From Gemmatimonadaceae bacterium (GTDB lineage Bacteria; Gemmatimonadota; Gemmatimonadetes; Gemmatimonadales; Gemmatimonadaceae), in NCBI GenBank assembly GCA_044224875.1, contig JBGAJQ010000001.1, positions 128,001 through 192,000 on the forward strand: a DNA stretch of 64,000 nucleotides, in the 5' to 3' direction. Under the pieces are notes generated by a model. That model was not told the origin of the DNA and did not search any database. It saw nothing but the letters and a program-made list of their open reading frames with translations. The position numbers and the translations under genes were made by a program. Positions 30,467 through 40,509 of the stretch are shown piece by piece; within the stretch, counting starts at the first letter, position 1; every line of letters starts with the position of its first letter.

Positions 30467-31295
30467 GGACCCGGCTGCGCCCGATCGGCCCCGGGTCGTC
30501 ATCGTCGATGACGAACCGTTGGCGCGGGACTGCGTCCGGTTGGCACTTGCCGCGACGTCGGCGGAAGTCGTCGCCGAGTGCGGCGATGGTCGCGAAGCCG
30601 TTGAGACCATCCGTTCACTCAAGCCCGATATCGTGTTCCTGGACGTACAGATGCCGGAGTGGGACGGATTTCAGGTGGTGGAGGAAGTCGGCGTTGGCGA
30701 CATGCCCGTCGTGGTGTTCGTGACGGCGTTCAATGCGCACGCACTACGTGCATTTGATGTGCACGCCTTGGACTACGTCCTGAAACCCTTCGACGACGCT
30801 CGTCTGCTCGAGGCATTCGAGCGCGCGCGGTCACTTGTTGCGGATCGCAAGCACGGCGAACTCGGTCGTCGGCTGAGCCAGTTCCTCCAGGACCTTCAGG
30901 CCGGTGCAGAAGCGCGCGACCCCAGTGTCACACGAGAAGCGGACACTCCAACCGTACGCGATGCCCCGTACGTGACGCGGTTCACGGTGCGCGACGACGG
31001 ACGTGCGCGATTCGTTCCCGCACAGAGCGTGGACTGGATCGAGGCGCAGCACAACAGCATTCTCCTCCACGTGGGTGACATCACGCACAAGCTGCGTGGG
31101 TCACTTCGCGAGCTCACCGAGCGACTCGATCCGCGTACGTTCGTGCGCGTCCACAAGTCCGCTATGGTGAATGTCGAACGTATACGGGAGTTGCAGCCAT
31201 GGTTTGGCGGCGACTACGTGGCGATTCTCCAGAATGGAGCGAAAGTCAAGGTGAGTCGCCGTCGCGTGTCGGCGCTGCTACGGCCGATGGCGTAA
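30447..31295 (+). CDS. LytTR-family response regulator (copy 2)
   Basis: VVIVDDEPLARDC, FLDVQMP, LKPFDD, FVRVHKS.MVN; overlaps the end of the kinase gene. Confidence 0.9.
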   Translation: MPSRSTEDPAAPDRPRVVIVDDEPLARDCVRLALAATSAEVVAECGDGREAVETIRSLKPDIVFLDVQMPEWDGFQVVEEVGVGDMPVVVFVTAFNAHALRAFDVHALDYVLKPFDDARLLEAFERARSLVADRKHGELGRRLSQFLQDLQAGAEARDPSVTREADTPTVRDAPYVTRFTVRDDGRARFVPAQSVDWIEAQHNSILLHVGDITHKLRGSLRELTERLDPRTFVRVHKSAMVNVERIRELQPWFGGDYVAILQNGAKVKVSRRRVSALLRPMA

Positions 31296-31311
31296 GTCCC
31301 GCGATGACCTG

Positions 31312-32520
31312 ATGGAACGCGCACGCTCAATGGAACAGCGCGGTGCGGTCGGCGTGATGGCTGAGCGACTGACATCTATAGATACGGCCCGCGGACTCGT
31401 CATGGTCCTGATGACCTTGGACCACGTCCGCGACTACTTTGGCGCCGCGGTCAATCCGACCGACGTGCGTACCACAACCATCGCCCTCTTCTTCACCCGT
31501 TGGGTCACGCACTTCTGCGCACCCACGTTCTTCCTGCTTACGGGTGTGGGCGCCTATCTGTCGACTGCACATCGGACCAACAACGACCTTTCGGCACACC
31601 TGGTAAAGCGCGGGCTGTGGCTGATGGTGCTGGAAACCGTGGTCATGCGCTGCCTGGCCTTCCAGTTCAATTTCGACTTTCGCGTGACCATGTTGTTTGT
31701 GCTGTGGGCACTCGGCTGGTCCATGGTCACGTTAGGCGTATTGGTGCGGTGGACGCCCAAGGTATCCCTGGTCTTCGGAATTGTCCTGATTGGCTTGCAC
31801 AATCTGTTGGACCCCGTGAGCCCGAAGCTTTTCGGGCCGTTCGCCCCCCTGTGGTCCATACTGCACCAGCCGAACTTTGTCGTCGCCGGACCACGAACGT
31901 ACGTGTTCGCCGCGTATCCACTGATTCCCTGGATAGGCGTGACCGCGTTAGGGTATGGAATCGCGCCAATCTTCCGTTGGGAGGCGGCACGGAGGCGTGC
32001 ACTGCTCCTTCGAGTCGGCTACGCCATGATCGGCGGATTCGTGGCGCTGCGCGCACTGAATGTGTATGGCGATCCAGCGCCGTGGAGTGCGCAGACGCGC
32101 GCCGTCTTCTCCACGCTGTCGTTCCTGAATGCGACAAAGTACCCGCCGTCCCTGCTGTTCCTCCTCATGACGCTAGGTCCGATGTTCCTGTTCCTGCGGG
32201 CGCTTGATGGCTCCGTTCCGCGGCTGCTGCGGCGCGTCAATGTTCTCGGACGTGTTCCGCTCTTCTACTACTCGCTCCACATATTCCTCATCCATTTTCT
32301 GGCCCTCATCGTTTGCTACGCGCGCTACGGAGCCGTGCATTGGATGTTCGAGTCCCCGAAGCTGGAGAACTATCCGTTCACACAACCTCCAGGTTGGCCC
32401 GTATCGCTGCTATACATCTACCTGTTGTGGGCGCTCGTCGTCGTGCTCCTTTGGCCGCTTTGTCGCTGGTATGCGGCGTTCAAGCGCCGCCGAACGGATT
32501 GGTGGCTCAGCTACTTCTGA
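31312..32520 (+). CDS. DUF1624 / HGSNAT-like membrane acyltransferase-family protein
   Basis: RL.SID.ARGLVMVLM.LDHVRDYF, FFTRWVTHFCAPTF, YPLIPWIGV, KYPPSLLF, GRVPLFYY. Start uncertain (31312, 31330 or 31357). Confidence 0.8.
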   Translation: MERARSMEQRGAVGVMAERLTSIDTARGLVMVLMTLDHVRDYFGAAVNPTDVRTTTIALFFTRWVTHFCAPTFFLLTGVGAYLSTAHRTNNDLSAHLVKRGLWLMVLETVVMRCLAFQFNFDFRVTMLFVLWALGWSMVTLGVLVRWTPKVSLVFGIVLIGLHNLLDPVSPKLFGPFAPLWSILHQPNFVVAGPRTYVFAAYPLIPWIGVTALGYGIAPIFRWEAARRRALLLRVGYAMIGGFVALRALNVYGDPAPWSAQTRAVFSTLSFLNATKYPPSLLFLLMTLGPMFLFLRALDGSVPRLLRRVNVLGRVPLFYYSLHIFLIHFLALIVCYARYGAVHWMFESPKLENYPFTQPPGWPVSLLYIYLLWALVVVLLWPLCRWYAAFKRRRTDWWLSYF

Positions 32521-32626
32521 TCGTCGGACAGCGGGCCGCTCGGTGCACCTTCTGACGGGCCAGAGTTTGAGTCCATCACCCCGGGACTGCAGTTAAACTC
32601 CTGCACACCGCAACCGGATTCGACGC

Positions 32627-33421
32627 ATGATCATTGGGCTGGCCTCGCCTCGTATTGCCACGACACTGGAAGAAGGTCTCGAGAACATGAGGGGGTTCCT
32701 GGCCGACGCCGCAGGGCAGGGCGTCGATGTCGTCTGCTTCCCCGAGGCGTACCTCCCCGGGCTTCGCGGTCAAGACTTCCCAGTGCTCCCCTATGATGCC
32801 GACGTGGAACACCGCGTGCTCAGCGCCGTGTCCCAATGGGCGCGTGCGTATCGTGTAACCACTATCCTCGGCATGGAGCACGTGGGCGAACGTGGGCGAC
32901 AGATCGCCGCCGTCGTCATTGATGCTGACGGGAGCATTCAGGGGAGTCAGACCAAGAACCAGCTGGACCCGACGGAAGAACCGCACTACGTGCCCGGTCA
33001 GACCAGACATCTCTTTGCTGCCAATGGGGTGAAGTTCGGCGTCGCGATCTGCCACGAGGCTTGGCGCTATCCGGAAACCGTCCGTTGGGCGGCCACGCGG
33101 GGCGCTGCAATCGTCTTCCAGCCGCAACTCACCGGCAGCGACCAGGTGGGCGTCCGCCTGACCGAGTGGGGGGCGAAGGGCAATCCGTATTACGAAAAAG
33201 CGATGGTGATGCGCAGCATGGAGAACACCATCTACTTCGCCAGCATCAACTACGCGGTGCGGTTCCAGGAATCCGCCACCAGCCTCATCACGCCGAGTGG
33301 GGAGTGTCAGGCGCACCTGGCGTACGGCGAGGAGGGGCTGCTGGTTCAGGAAATTGACGAAACCAAGGCAACCGGGCTGCTGGCGCGTCGGTACGCACCG
33401 GAGCGGTACCGGGAAGGGTAG
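32627..33421 (+). CDS. Carbon-nitrogen hydrolase (nitrilase superfamily)
   Basis: Glu-Lys-Cys triad: CFPEAY, QTKNQL, GVAICHE. Confidence 0.85.
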   Translation: MIIGLASPRIATTLEEGLENMRGFLADAAGQGVDVVCFPEAYLPGLRGQDFPVLPYDADVEHRVLSAVSQWARAYRVTTILGMEHVGERGRQIAAVVIDADGSIQGSQTKNQLDPTEEPHYVPGQTRHLFAANGVKFGVAICHEAWRYPETVRWAATRGAAIVFQPQLTGSDQVGVRLTEWGAKGNPYYEKAMVMRSMENTIYFASINYAVRFQESATSLITPSGECQAHLAYGEEGLLVQEIDETKATGLLARRYAPERYREG

Positions 33422-33435
33422 CGCCTGTCGGCGTA

Positions 33436-33479
33436 CATGCCTTGACACGTATATACCTGTCATAGCATATTAAGGCATG
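33436..33479 (+). promoter_or_regulatory. Putative sigma70 promoter and palindromic operator of the ArsR-SRPBCC operon
   Basis: TTGACA at 33442; AT-rich dyad ATATAC..GCATAT 33451-33470; outer dyad CATGCCTT/AAGGCATG. No RBS before ATG 33477. Confidence 0.55.
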
Positions 33480-33821
33480 ACAGAGACCTTTGCCGCCCTG
33501 GCCGAACCGCAGCGCTTTCGCATCGTCGAGCTGCTGCGCACGGGGGCGCGACCGGTGAACGACATCAGCGAGCGACTGCGTCTCACGCAGCCGCAGGTTT
33601 CCAAGCACCTGCGCGTGCTCAGAGACGCGGGTGTCGTCGATGTCCAGCCGCGTGCCCAGCAACGCCTCTACGAGCTTCGGCCCCAGTCCCTGCGCCAGCT
33701 GCACGAATGGCTCGAGCGCTACCGCAGCATCTGGGATGCCCGGTTCGACGAACTCGACGCGATCGTCACCGAACTCACCGAACAGGAGAAGACCAATGCC
33801 CGCATCAAACGCCGGAAGTGA
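33477..33821 (+). CDS. ArsR/SmtB-family transcriptional regulator
   Basis: FAALAEP.R.RIVELL, QPQVSKHLRVLRDAGVV, QQRLYEL. Confidence 0.9.
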   Translation: MTETFAALAEPQRFRIVELLRTGARPVNDISERLRLTQPQVSKHLRVLRDAGVVDVQPRAQQRLYELRPQSLRQLHEWLERYRSIWDARFDELDAIVTELTEQEKTNARIKRRK

Positions 33822-34326
33822 GACCATGAACCAGACGACCATGGAGGTGCGCGGCGATCGCGAGATCGTCATAACCCGGTTGTTCAATGGACCACCGCAC
33901 ATCGTATTCGCGGCCTACTCCAAGCCGGAGCACGTGAAGCGCTGGTGGGCGCCCAAGTCGCTGGGGGTGTCGCTCTTGAGTTGTGACGCCGACGTTCAGG
34001 CTGGCGGAAGCTATCGATACGTCCTGCTGCATCGTACCGGCGGGCACCTCGCCTTCTCCGGGAAGTACACCGAGGTCACTCCTCACACGCGGATTGTCTA
34101 CACACAGATCTTCGAGCCGACGGCCGCGGGCCCAGCCTCAGCGGACGAATCAGATTACGCCATCGTGACTGTGACCTTCGAAGCTCGGGGCGACAAGACG
34201 CTCCTGACGTCGCACGAGGTTTACCCTTCCAAGGCCGTGCGAGACGGTGTGATCGCTTCGGGGATGGAGAAGGGCATGCGCGAGGCCATGGATCAGCTGG
34301 ACGAGCTCGTCGCGTCACTCAGCTAG
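33796..34326 (+). CDS. SRPBCC/AHSA1-like (START fold) protein
   Basis: AGGAGA RBS; DREIVITRLF..P..VF.A...PE.VKRWW, D...GGSYRY, GME.GM.E..DQLDEL. Confidence 0.85.
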   Translation: MPASNAGSETMNQTTMEVRGDREIVITRLFNGPPHIVFAAYSKPEHVKRWWAPKSLGVSLLSCDADVQAGGSYRYVLLHRTGGHLAFSGKYTEVTPHTRIVYTQIFEPTAAGPASADESDYAIVTVTFEARGDKTLLTSHEVYPSKAVRDGVIASGMEKGMREAMDQLDELVASLS

Positions 34327-34358
34327 CGCACGAACGTCCGGTCATATCATGGCAGCTG

Positions 34359-34401
34359 CCTGTTGGGGTGGGGGTAGGGATCGGCACCGCACCCCAACAG
34401 G
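34359..34401. terminator. Hairpin between convergent genes
   Basis: CCTGTTGGGGTG 34359-34370 / CACCCCAACAGG 34390-34401, perfect 12-bp arms. Confidence 0.5.
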
Positions 34402-34461
34402 TGTATCAACGCGACGCGACGACGAAGGCGGGTCGCTGCCCCGCGCTGCCGGCGAAATCGC

Positions 34462-37400
34462 CTAACGGTCTCGTATCGTGAACCACCCGCCGTCGCTCTG
34501 GCCACGCAGGGCAGGGTTGTACATCTCCTCGGCGTGCGCTTGCGGCCTCACGAATCGTCCGGCAGTTGTAGCTCGCGCCACATACGACACGGTGTGCGAG
34601 CCTCGGCTGAGTAGGCGCGAGTAGAAGGTCGCGCGGTCGTCGTGCTGCTCACTCGCTTCCCAGGTAGTCCACGACCATCCCCACCACCGCCACGCATTGC
34701 CGTTCGCTGCGCCGTCCGCTTGCGCCGCACGCTCGCGATCGACGCGCACCGCGTCATCTGTGAGGTAGGGACTCACGCTCGCTGTGCGTAACGAAACGTC
34801 GACTGCTTCCAGTCCAGCCGGCAGCGGATCCTCAACGGCCACGAATTCACGATCACTCGGGGCCGTCACACGCAGGCGAACGCGTACGAGGTCTCCTGCC
34901 TTCACCTCGGTGACGGTCTTCCCATCGTCGAAGCGCTCGTACCACCGCTCGACAATCAGTCCGTTGGACTCCGGTGACACGGGTCGTTCGGCGGTCACGA
35001 CGTCAACGGTCGCCGCGACGTAAATGGTGCCGCGAGGAACGCGAACAACCAACGGCAGAGACGACGAGTCGCCAGCCGCAACCATTAGCCCCGTCAGGGG
35101 TATCGTGGACTCCGTCACGCCCTCCGCTTGCTCGCCCCGCATGAGCGACGTGCCGGTGGTGGATTCGATCGTGTATGGAGTCGACCTGCCGGAAAGCAGT
35201 CGCAGATGCGCAGCGACGGCTCCGGACGCCGACGCAAAGTCCTGCGTGTTCCAAAACCACCGCTGCTCCGCGAGTTCGCGCTGGATGATCCGTTGAACGA
35301 GTGGGCCGACCATTGGATGGTCAGGAGCCAGTGCCAGCGTGGCCTCGAGCAGCCGAGCGGCCGGTCGGATCCTGGAAGGGAAGCCATTGGTGATGAGCGT
35401 GGAGTCTGGCATGTCCACGCGATTGCCGGCGACCGATACGCTCGTCCAGAGTGAACGCAGGATCGATGTCGCCTCACTTCGCCTGGACGTGCGCGACAAC
35501 ACCAGGGCATAACGCGCGCGATCCTCCCAGGTCAGGCGGTTGACGACGGGCAACAGCGCCAGCTCGCGTCCCGAGCGCCCGACCCGGACAAGAAAGTCCA
35601 GCGCCGCCAGACGCTGACCCAGGTGCATAGCGATGGTGCCTGCCCGCTCGACAGTCGTGCCGTACGTTGTATCTGGGAGGGCAGGGGTGCCGTCGAACAC
35701 ATTCTGGACGAAGTTGCCCACCTGGGTCAGTACCTCGTTCGACACCTGGATGCCAAGCTCGCGCGCGTCCACCAACATCAGCCCGGCATACGCCGTGAGC
35801 CACGGGTTTGTCCAACTGGACGCGCTCCAATAGCCGATTGAGCCGTCGGGGAGCTGTCGCCTTGCCACGAGGTCCGCGATGCCCTGCAACGCGCGCTGCA
35901 GCGAGTCGGCCTTGACCTTGGGCGCTTGGCCGCTCTTGTGCAGCTGCAACAGCGCGATGATCGTGCGCCCCGCACTCACGAGCTGCTCGGTACACGCGTG
36001 CGGATAGGCGCTCATGTACCACGCGTACGTCTCGAGCACGGGCAATGGAGTCGTGCCAACACGAATGGTCAATCGCGAACGTGCGGGATCAACGCCCTTC
36101 GGCAGCAACAACTGCAGGTTGGCGGAGTCGCGCACCAGGCGAACGACCGTCTGCGCACGGGGATGCTGGTCCGGGCGAACCGGTAGCGTCACTTGCACCG
36201 CATCTTGCTGCTGTCCAGCGATCGCACCCAGCTTGACCACCGCGCGCTCGCCAGCGAGCGCCTTCCAGTGAAATGACACCAGCCGTCCTTCCTGGCTGAC
36301 GCTAGAGGTCTTGCGTGTACTATCTGTCAACTCAATCCCATAACCGGCAGCCGCAACCTGCACCGACTGCGCCGCGGTGTTCCCACGTGCATTGATGATG
36401 GCGCCGGCGAAGAAGTCGTCCGCGGGACGAACAAACCGCGGCAACGCGGCGCGCACGACCAGTGGCTTGGAGACGATGAGCGGAGCGTCCCCGCTCCCCA
36501 GCTCGGCGCCGGGGCCTACAGCGATCGCCATCACCCGAAACGTCGTGATGTTGTCAGGCAGCCGAACGCGCACCTTGGCGATACCATCCGTGTTGGCGAC
36601 GATCCCAGCTCGATAGAACGCGGTGGTGAGAAAATCAGCACGTATGTCGGCGAATGCGCCCGTCTGGTCGCTTGCTGCGGCCGCGGCCCCCTTGGCGAAA
36701 GCCATGGGGGCGGCCGTAGTGACCACGGCGTCGAGGCGGAGACTCTCATTGAGGCCCAGCCGACGCTCACGAAGGAGCTGTCGCGCCAGCGATTGAAGGG
36801 TGGTCGAGAACTGCACGTCGTTCGCTGACAGAGGGTACATCGCGTCGACAGGCTGCGGTGTGGCGAATCCCGTGAGCGAGAGCACGCCCTCATCGGTGGC
36901 CCACAAGATGACATCCCCCGTGATCGGCTTGTCATTCGCGTCTCGCACGCGAACGGTCAGTTCGGCCTCGTCTTGCGGGCGATACTCCGGCTTGGCCGCC
37001 GAAACGGCGACCTTGAGTCGGCGCGGTGACGCGTCGACGTGAACGCGGACGTCGCCGACACGATAGCGTTGATGCGTCGAATCGGTGCGTGCGGCGTCGC
37101 CCCGACGCACGAGCACCACGCCCACATACGCGTTTGGGATCCAGGAGGCGTTGACCGGCACACGAATGGTCTGCAGGCCCGCGCCGACGGAACGACGGGC
37201 CTGCCAAAGCACCCGTTCGCGCTCTACCGTAATCCACGCCTCCGCGTTCTCGAATGGTGACGTGAATGTGACGGCTGCAACATCACCGACCTTCAGCGAA
37301 TCGTATGACACTAGCAGAGGTAGCGCGGTCGGGTCCTCTCCCCACACCGCCCCGGTGCCACCGAACACGTAGCGCGTCAACTGCGTTTGCGTCGGGCGCC

Positions 37401-40317
37401 CTGCGGCATCGACGGCCGACAGGATGATCGAGTACAACCCTTCCGCGCTCGGCTTCACCTGGATCGTCGCCGATGTGTCACGCGTGACTATTGAATCCAC
37501 CAGGACTGTGTCCAGCTGGACACGCCACTGGCCACTCATGCTGCCCTCGTCGTAGACAACCGTCCAGCGACGCCGCACCACGGTCGCTCCAACGGTAACG
37601 CCACTCATCCACCGGCCCTGCGGCGTGACGGCGCCAATGGCAACCCGCTGCGTGTCGGCCGTGGTCCACCAGGAGCGCTCTCCCCTGGGTTTCGCCGCGA
37701 TGAAGAACTGCGCCCCAGGGATCATCACGCTTGCCTGCGCAGAGACCGACTGCGCGTTGAGGTCACTGACTGCGACATCTACGTGTAACGCGGCTCCCGA
37801 GGCGAAGTGACCCCTTCCACTATCCGTCGGGATCGTCAGCTGCACCTGTCCATCCGGCCCGAGCACCGCACGTCCGGTTTGAGAAATGGGCGGTGTTGCC
37901 TGGCGATCGTCGGTGTACCAGTCAGGTTGGCGTCCGATCGTCCACCCGTCGACGCCGGGAATGCGCCAAGGTTGCGTTGGCTCTGTGAGTTGCGCGCGCC
38001 ACGTCACGGCGCCTTGTGCCATGGGGGCGTCAAACAGAAAGCGTGCCGCGACGCTTGTGCGAACCGTGTCTCCCAGTAGCACCGGTCGCTCGACGATGGC
38101 CGCTGTGACCGTGAATTCGGGCGCGCGGTAGTCTGCCACGCGCACAAAGGCTTCGTGCGCATTGGCCCAGTGACCATTCTGACGACGCTCCAAGCGCACG
38201 ACATACGTCCCCAGTTGCGTGCGAGGGGACAAGCGCGCGGAGTCCGCTGCCGTGCCGTTTGCGGACAGGGTGGTGGTCGTCTCGCGGACCAGCACCGGTT
38301 TCCCATCCGTCAGGCCTCGCGTGTACACGCGCCATCGGATCCGCTCCTTTGCAGCTGGCGGGCGAAGGTCGTCCAGCCAGCCATCGCGAACCACGGCACT
38401 GAAATACACGGTCTCACCCGGTCGATAGATCCCACGATCCGTGAAAATCGCGGCACGAGCGTGTGGAGTCTGACCGCCGCCAAACCAACGCAAGCCCGAC
38501 GCCCTCCGCGCGTAATCGAAGATCCGGTATGGGGGCGAAACGGGAGTGATCGATCGGTCGGAGCCGCTGCTGACTTCAACGAAGGAAGGCGTCGTGAACG
38601 GAGGATTCATGTCGTAGGGCGGCGTCGCATCGATTTCATCGGATACTGCCTGATCGTCATTCCCCCTCGACGGCAGGGCGGGCAGTAGCGTCGTCCCATC
38701 CGCCGCTGTCCTTCGCGCAACCTCGCGCCGCGGCTTGTCCACCAAGGCCCGAACGGTGGCACCGGTCACCGGCCGGCCGGTGCGAACGTCCGTGACGAAA
38801 GCCGCCCCTCCGCCGACGCCGCTTCGTACGTGTGCCATCAGGTTGGTTCTTTGAATCACGAGCGGTTGGATCCAGCGTTCTTGCTCGCGAAGGACGCGAA
38901 GGTCCTCTGGAGCCAGCTCCAAGTCGGTGTTGTTCGGGCCTCGGGCAAGATCGCCGGGCCGAACCTCTACCACGAGCACGGCATCCCGCCAGGATGTCGC
39001 CGGCAGCCGCAACGGTAGCGTGACCTGTCCTTCGGTATTCAGCTCATGTGGCAGGCGCTCCGTGTAGGCGAGCGACTGTCGAGGCAGGATGTGTTTGGAA
39101 TCCAGCCAGGCACGAGGGTCCGCTACGGCCGCGAACCGATCGCCTGTGGGAACACGCGTCACCGTGATGCGAACCGACGCATAGTTCATGGAGCGCAATC
39201 GCAACACGGGATCTCCAGCTCGCGATTCCGTCTCGAGCCCAGACGACGACGCGATGAAGGGGAGGCGATCGCCACTCCGAGTCGTCTGCGTGCGTAGCCG
39301 TTGTAGCGTTCGTCCGAAAACGTCGGTGAGGCTCGAGTCGGCGACGACAATGACAGAGTCCCGTGCCGGCATGTGCAACACGAACGCCCAATGTGTCTGC
39401 GCCTCGCCGGAATCCGGCGGCGCCGCGAAACGCTCGGGCATCACGCGCACATGAGTTCGTACCTGAGCGTACGTGACCGGCGCACTGAACTGCACCATCA
39501 GCCGAGTCGATCCGGCGCAATCGTTCGCAATGGAGCATGCCACCGTGAACTGAAGTGGAGGCGGTGTGGTCGCGCGGTAACGTGTTTCGATGGTGGAGTT
39601 CGGCTCGAGCTGCGGAAGGACCAAGTCGACCGGGCAATTGTCCGGCAAGCGTGTGGCCGATCGCAACTCAACGACCTGATCGAAACGCTGATCCAACGAG
39701 TCACGAGGTCCGCCACCGTATTGCAGCTGCCACGGGTCTGTCGTCGAGGGCGGCCGGATCTTCGGAATGAGGTGAAACGCCTCCCGGCTGGTGCAGCTTC
39801 CGCCGCGGGTTGGCTCCAGCCGCGCGTTCCGCGCAAACGCGACCGAGTCGATGTCTCCACTGAACCGCATCGACACGCGGCCGTACGGGTCCAAGGCGAC
39901 CGTGCCTTGAGCCGTGAGGGGTGGCACGCTTCCCACCATTGCCGGAGCGGCAACATCGAATCGAGCGACGTAAGGCACCCGCAGGTGACTACCGTCAGAG
40001 GCAACGAACGTCGTGTCAATCGTCACCAGCACCGAGGAGCCAGGGCGTAGCGGCGCGCGAGGGACAATTCGGATTGTTGCTGGGTCGCGCCATTCCAATC
40101 GGACAGCCACCGACGCCGAGACGCGCGCGACGGTCGATGGGTCCACCAACGCTTCGAGCGTTCCCGAGACCGGACGGTTGAAGCTCAGCGAGATCGTGGA
40201 CGATGGTCGCAACGATCCCTCTGGGAGGACTTGGGTCACGCGCAGCTCCTGCTGCGCCGCCAGTCCTCCCGACTGCAGCAGTAGGCCAGCTACAAGGACA
40301 CTGACGGAATTGCGCAT
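34462..40317 (-). CDS. Bacterial alpha-2-macroglobulin family protein
   Basis: About 1950 aa; IFTDRGIYRPGE, YRAPEF, DEGVLSLTGF.TP, IRADF..TAFY, LPDNITTFRVMA, LPRFVRP.D, thioester YPHACTEQ, EDPLPAGLE, AEEMYNP. Confidence 0.92.
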   Translation of the reverse strand: MRNSVSVLVAGLLLQSGGLAAQQELRVTQVLPEGSLRPSSTISLSFNRPVSGTLEALVDPSTVARVSASVAVRLEWRDPATIRIVPRAPLRPGSSVLVTIDTTFVASDGSHLRVPYVARFDVAAPAMVGSVPPLTAQGTVALDPYGRVSMRFSGDIDSVAFARNARLEPTRGGSCTSREAFHLIPKIRPPSTTDPWQLQYGGGPRDSLDQRFDQVVELRSATRLPDNCPVDLVLPQLEPNSTIETRYRATTPPPLQFTVACSIANDCAGSTRLMVQFSAPVTYAQVRTHVRVMPERFAAPPDSGEAQTHWAFVLHMPARDSVIVVADSSLTDVFGRTLQRLRTQTTRSGDRLPFIASSSGLETESRAGDPVLRLRSMNYASVRITVTRVPTGDRFAAVADPRAWLDSKHILPRQSLAYTERLPHELNTEGQVTLPLRLPATSWRDAVLVVEVRPGDLARGPNNTDLELAPEDLRVLREQERWIQPLVIQRTNLMAHVRSGVGGGAAFVTDVRTGRPVTGATVRALVDKPRREVARRTAADGTTLLPALPSRGNDDQAVSDEIDATPPYDMNPPFTTPSFVEVSSGSDRSITPVSPPYRIFDYARRASGLRWFGGGQTPHARAAIFTDRGIYRPGETVYFSAVVRDGWLDDLRPPAAKERIRWRVYTRGLTDGKPVLVRETTTTLSANGTAADSARLSPRTQLGTYVVRLERRQNGHWANAHEAFVRVADYRAPEFTVTAAIVERPVLLGDTVRTSVAARFLFDAPMAQGAVTWRAQLTEPTQPWRIPGVDGWTIGRQPDWYTDDRQATPPISQTGRAVLGPDGQVQLTIPTDSGRGHFASGAALHVDVAVSDLNAQSVSAQASVMIPGAQFFIAAKPRGERSWWTTADTQRVAIGAVTPQGRWMSGVTVGATVVRRRWTVVYDEGSMSGQWRVQLDTVLVDSIVTRDTSATIQVKPSAEGLYSIILSAVDAAGRPTQTQLTRYVFGGTGAVWGEDPTALPLLVSYDSLKVGDVAAVTFTSPFENAEAWITVERERVLWQARRSVGAGLQTIRVPVNASWIPNAYVGVVLVRRGDAARTDSTHQRYRVGDVRVHVDASPRRLKVAVSAAKPEYRPQDEAELTVRVRDANDKPITGDVILWATDEGVLSLTGFATPQPVDAMYPLSANDVQFSTTLQSLARQLLRERRLGLNESLRLDAVVTTAAPMAFAKGAAAAASDQTGAFADIRADFLTTAFYRAGIVANTDGIAKVRVRLPDNITTFRVMAIAVGPGAELGSGDAPLIVSKPLVVRAALPRFVRPADDFFAGAIINARGNTAAQSVQVAAAGYGIELTDSTRKTSSVSQEGRLVSFHWKALAGERAVVKLGAIAGQQQDAVQVTLPVRPDQHPRAQTVVRLVRDSANLQLLLPKGVDPARSRLTIRVGTTPLPVLETYAWYMSAYPHACTEQLVSAGRTIIALLQLHKSGQAPKVKADSLQRALQGIADLVARRQLPDGSIGYWSASSWTNPWLTAYAGLMLVDARELGIQVSNEVLTQVGNFVQNVFDGTPALPDTTYGTTVERAGTIAMHLGQRLAALDFLVRVGRSGRELALLPVVNRLTWEDRARYALVLSRTSRRSEATSILRSLWTSVSVAGNRVDMPDSTLITNGFPSRIRPAARLLEATLALAPDHPMVGPLVQRIIQRELAEQRWFWNTQDFASASGAVAAHLRLLSGRSTPYTIESTTGTSLMRGEQAEGVTESTIPLTGLMVAAGDSSSLPLVVRVPRGTIYVAATVDVVTAERPVSPESNGLIVERWYERFDDGKTVTEVKAGDLVRVRLRVTAPSDREFVAVEDPLPAGLEAVDVSLRTASVSPYLTDDAVRVDRERAAQADGAANGNAWRWWGWSWTTWEASEQHDDRATFYSRLLSRGSHTVSYVARATTAGRFVRPQAHAEEMYNPALRGQSDGGWFTIRDR

Positions 40318-40509
40318 GCGACATCCGCTTGTTTGAGTCAACGGCAGCTAACTGAGCCGGTCGAACGGCCACACATACAGCGCGGGGGCAAGGGTGCCGC
40401 CTTGCGCTCGCCCCCGGCGAATCGCGGCGTCACACTACTACCCACGCCTATCTATATAGTTGTGGGGTAGTTTCACTGTCGACGAAATCGACCAAGCGTA
40501 GCGCGCCGG

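Noticed and set aside
40437..40471. dif site or NrdR box
   Set aside because: It does not fit the XerC/XerD arms or the NrdR spacing, and no ribonucleotide reductase gene is adjacent.
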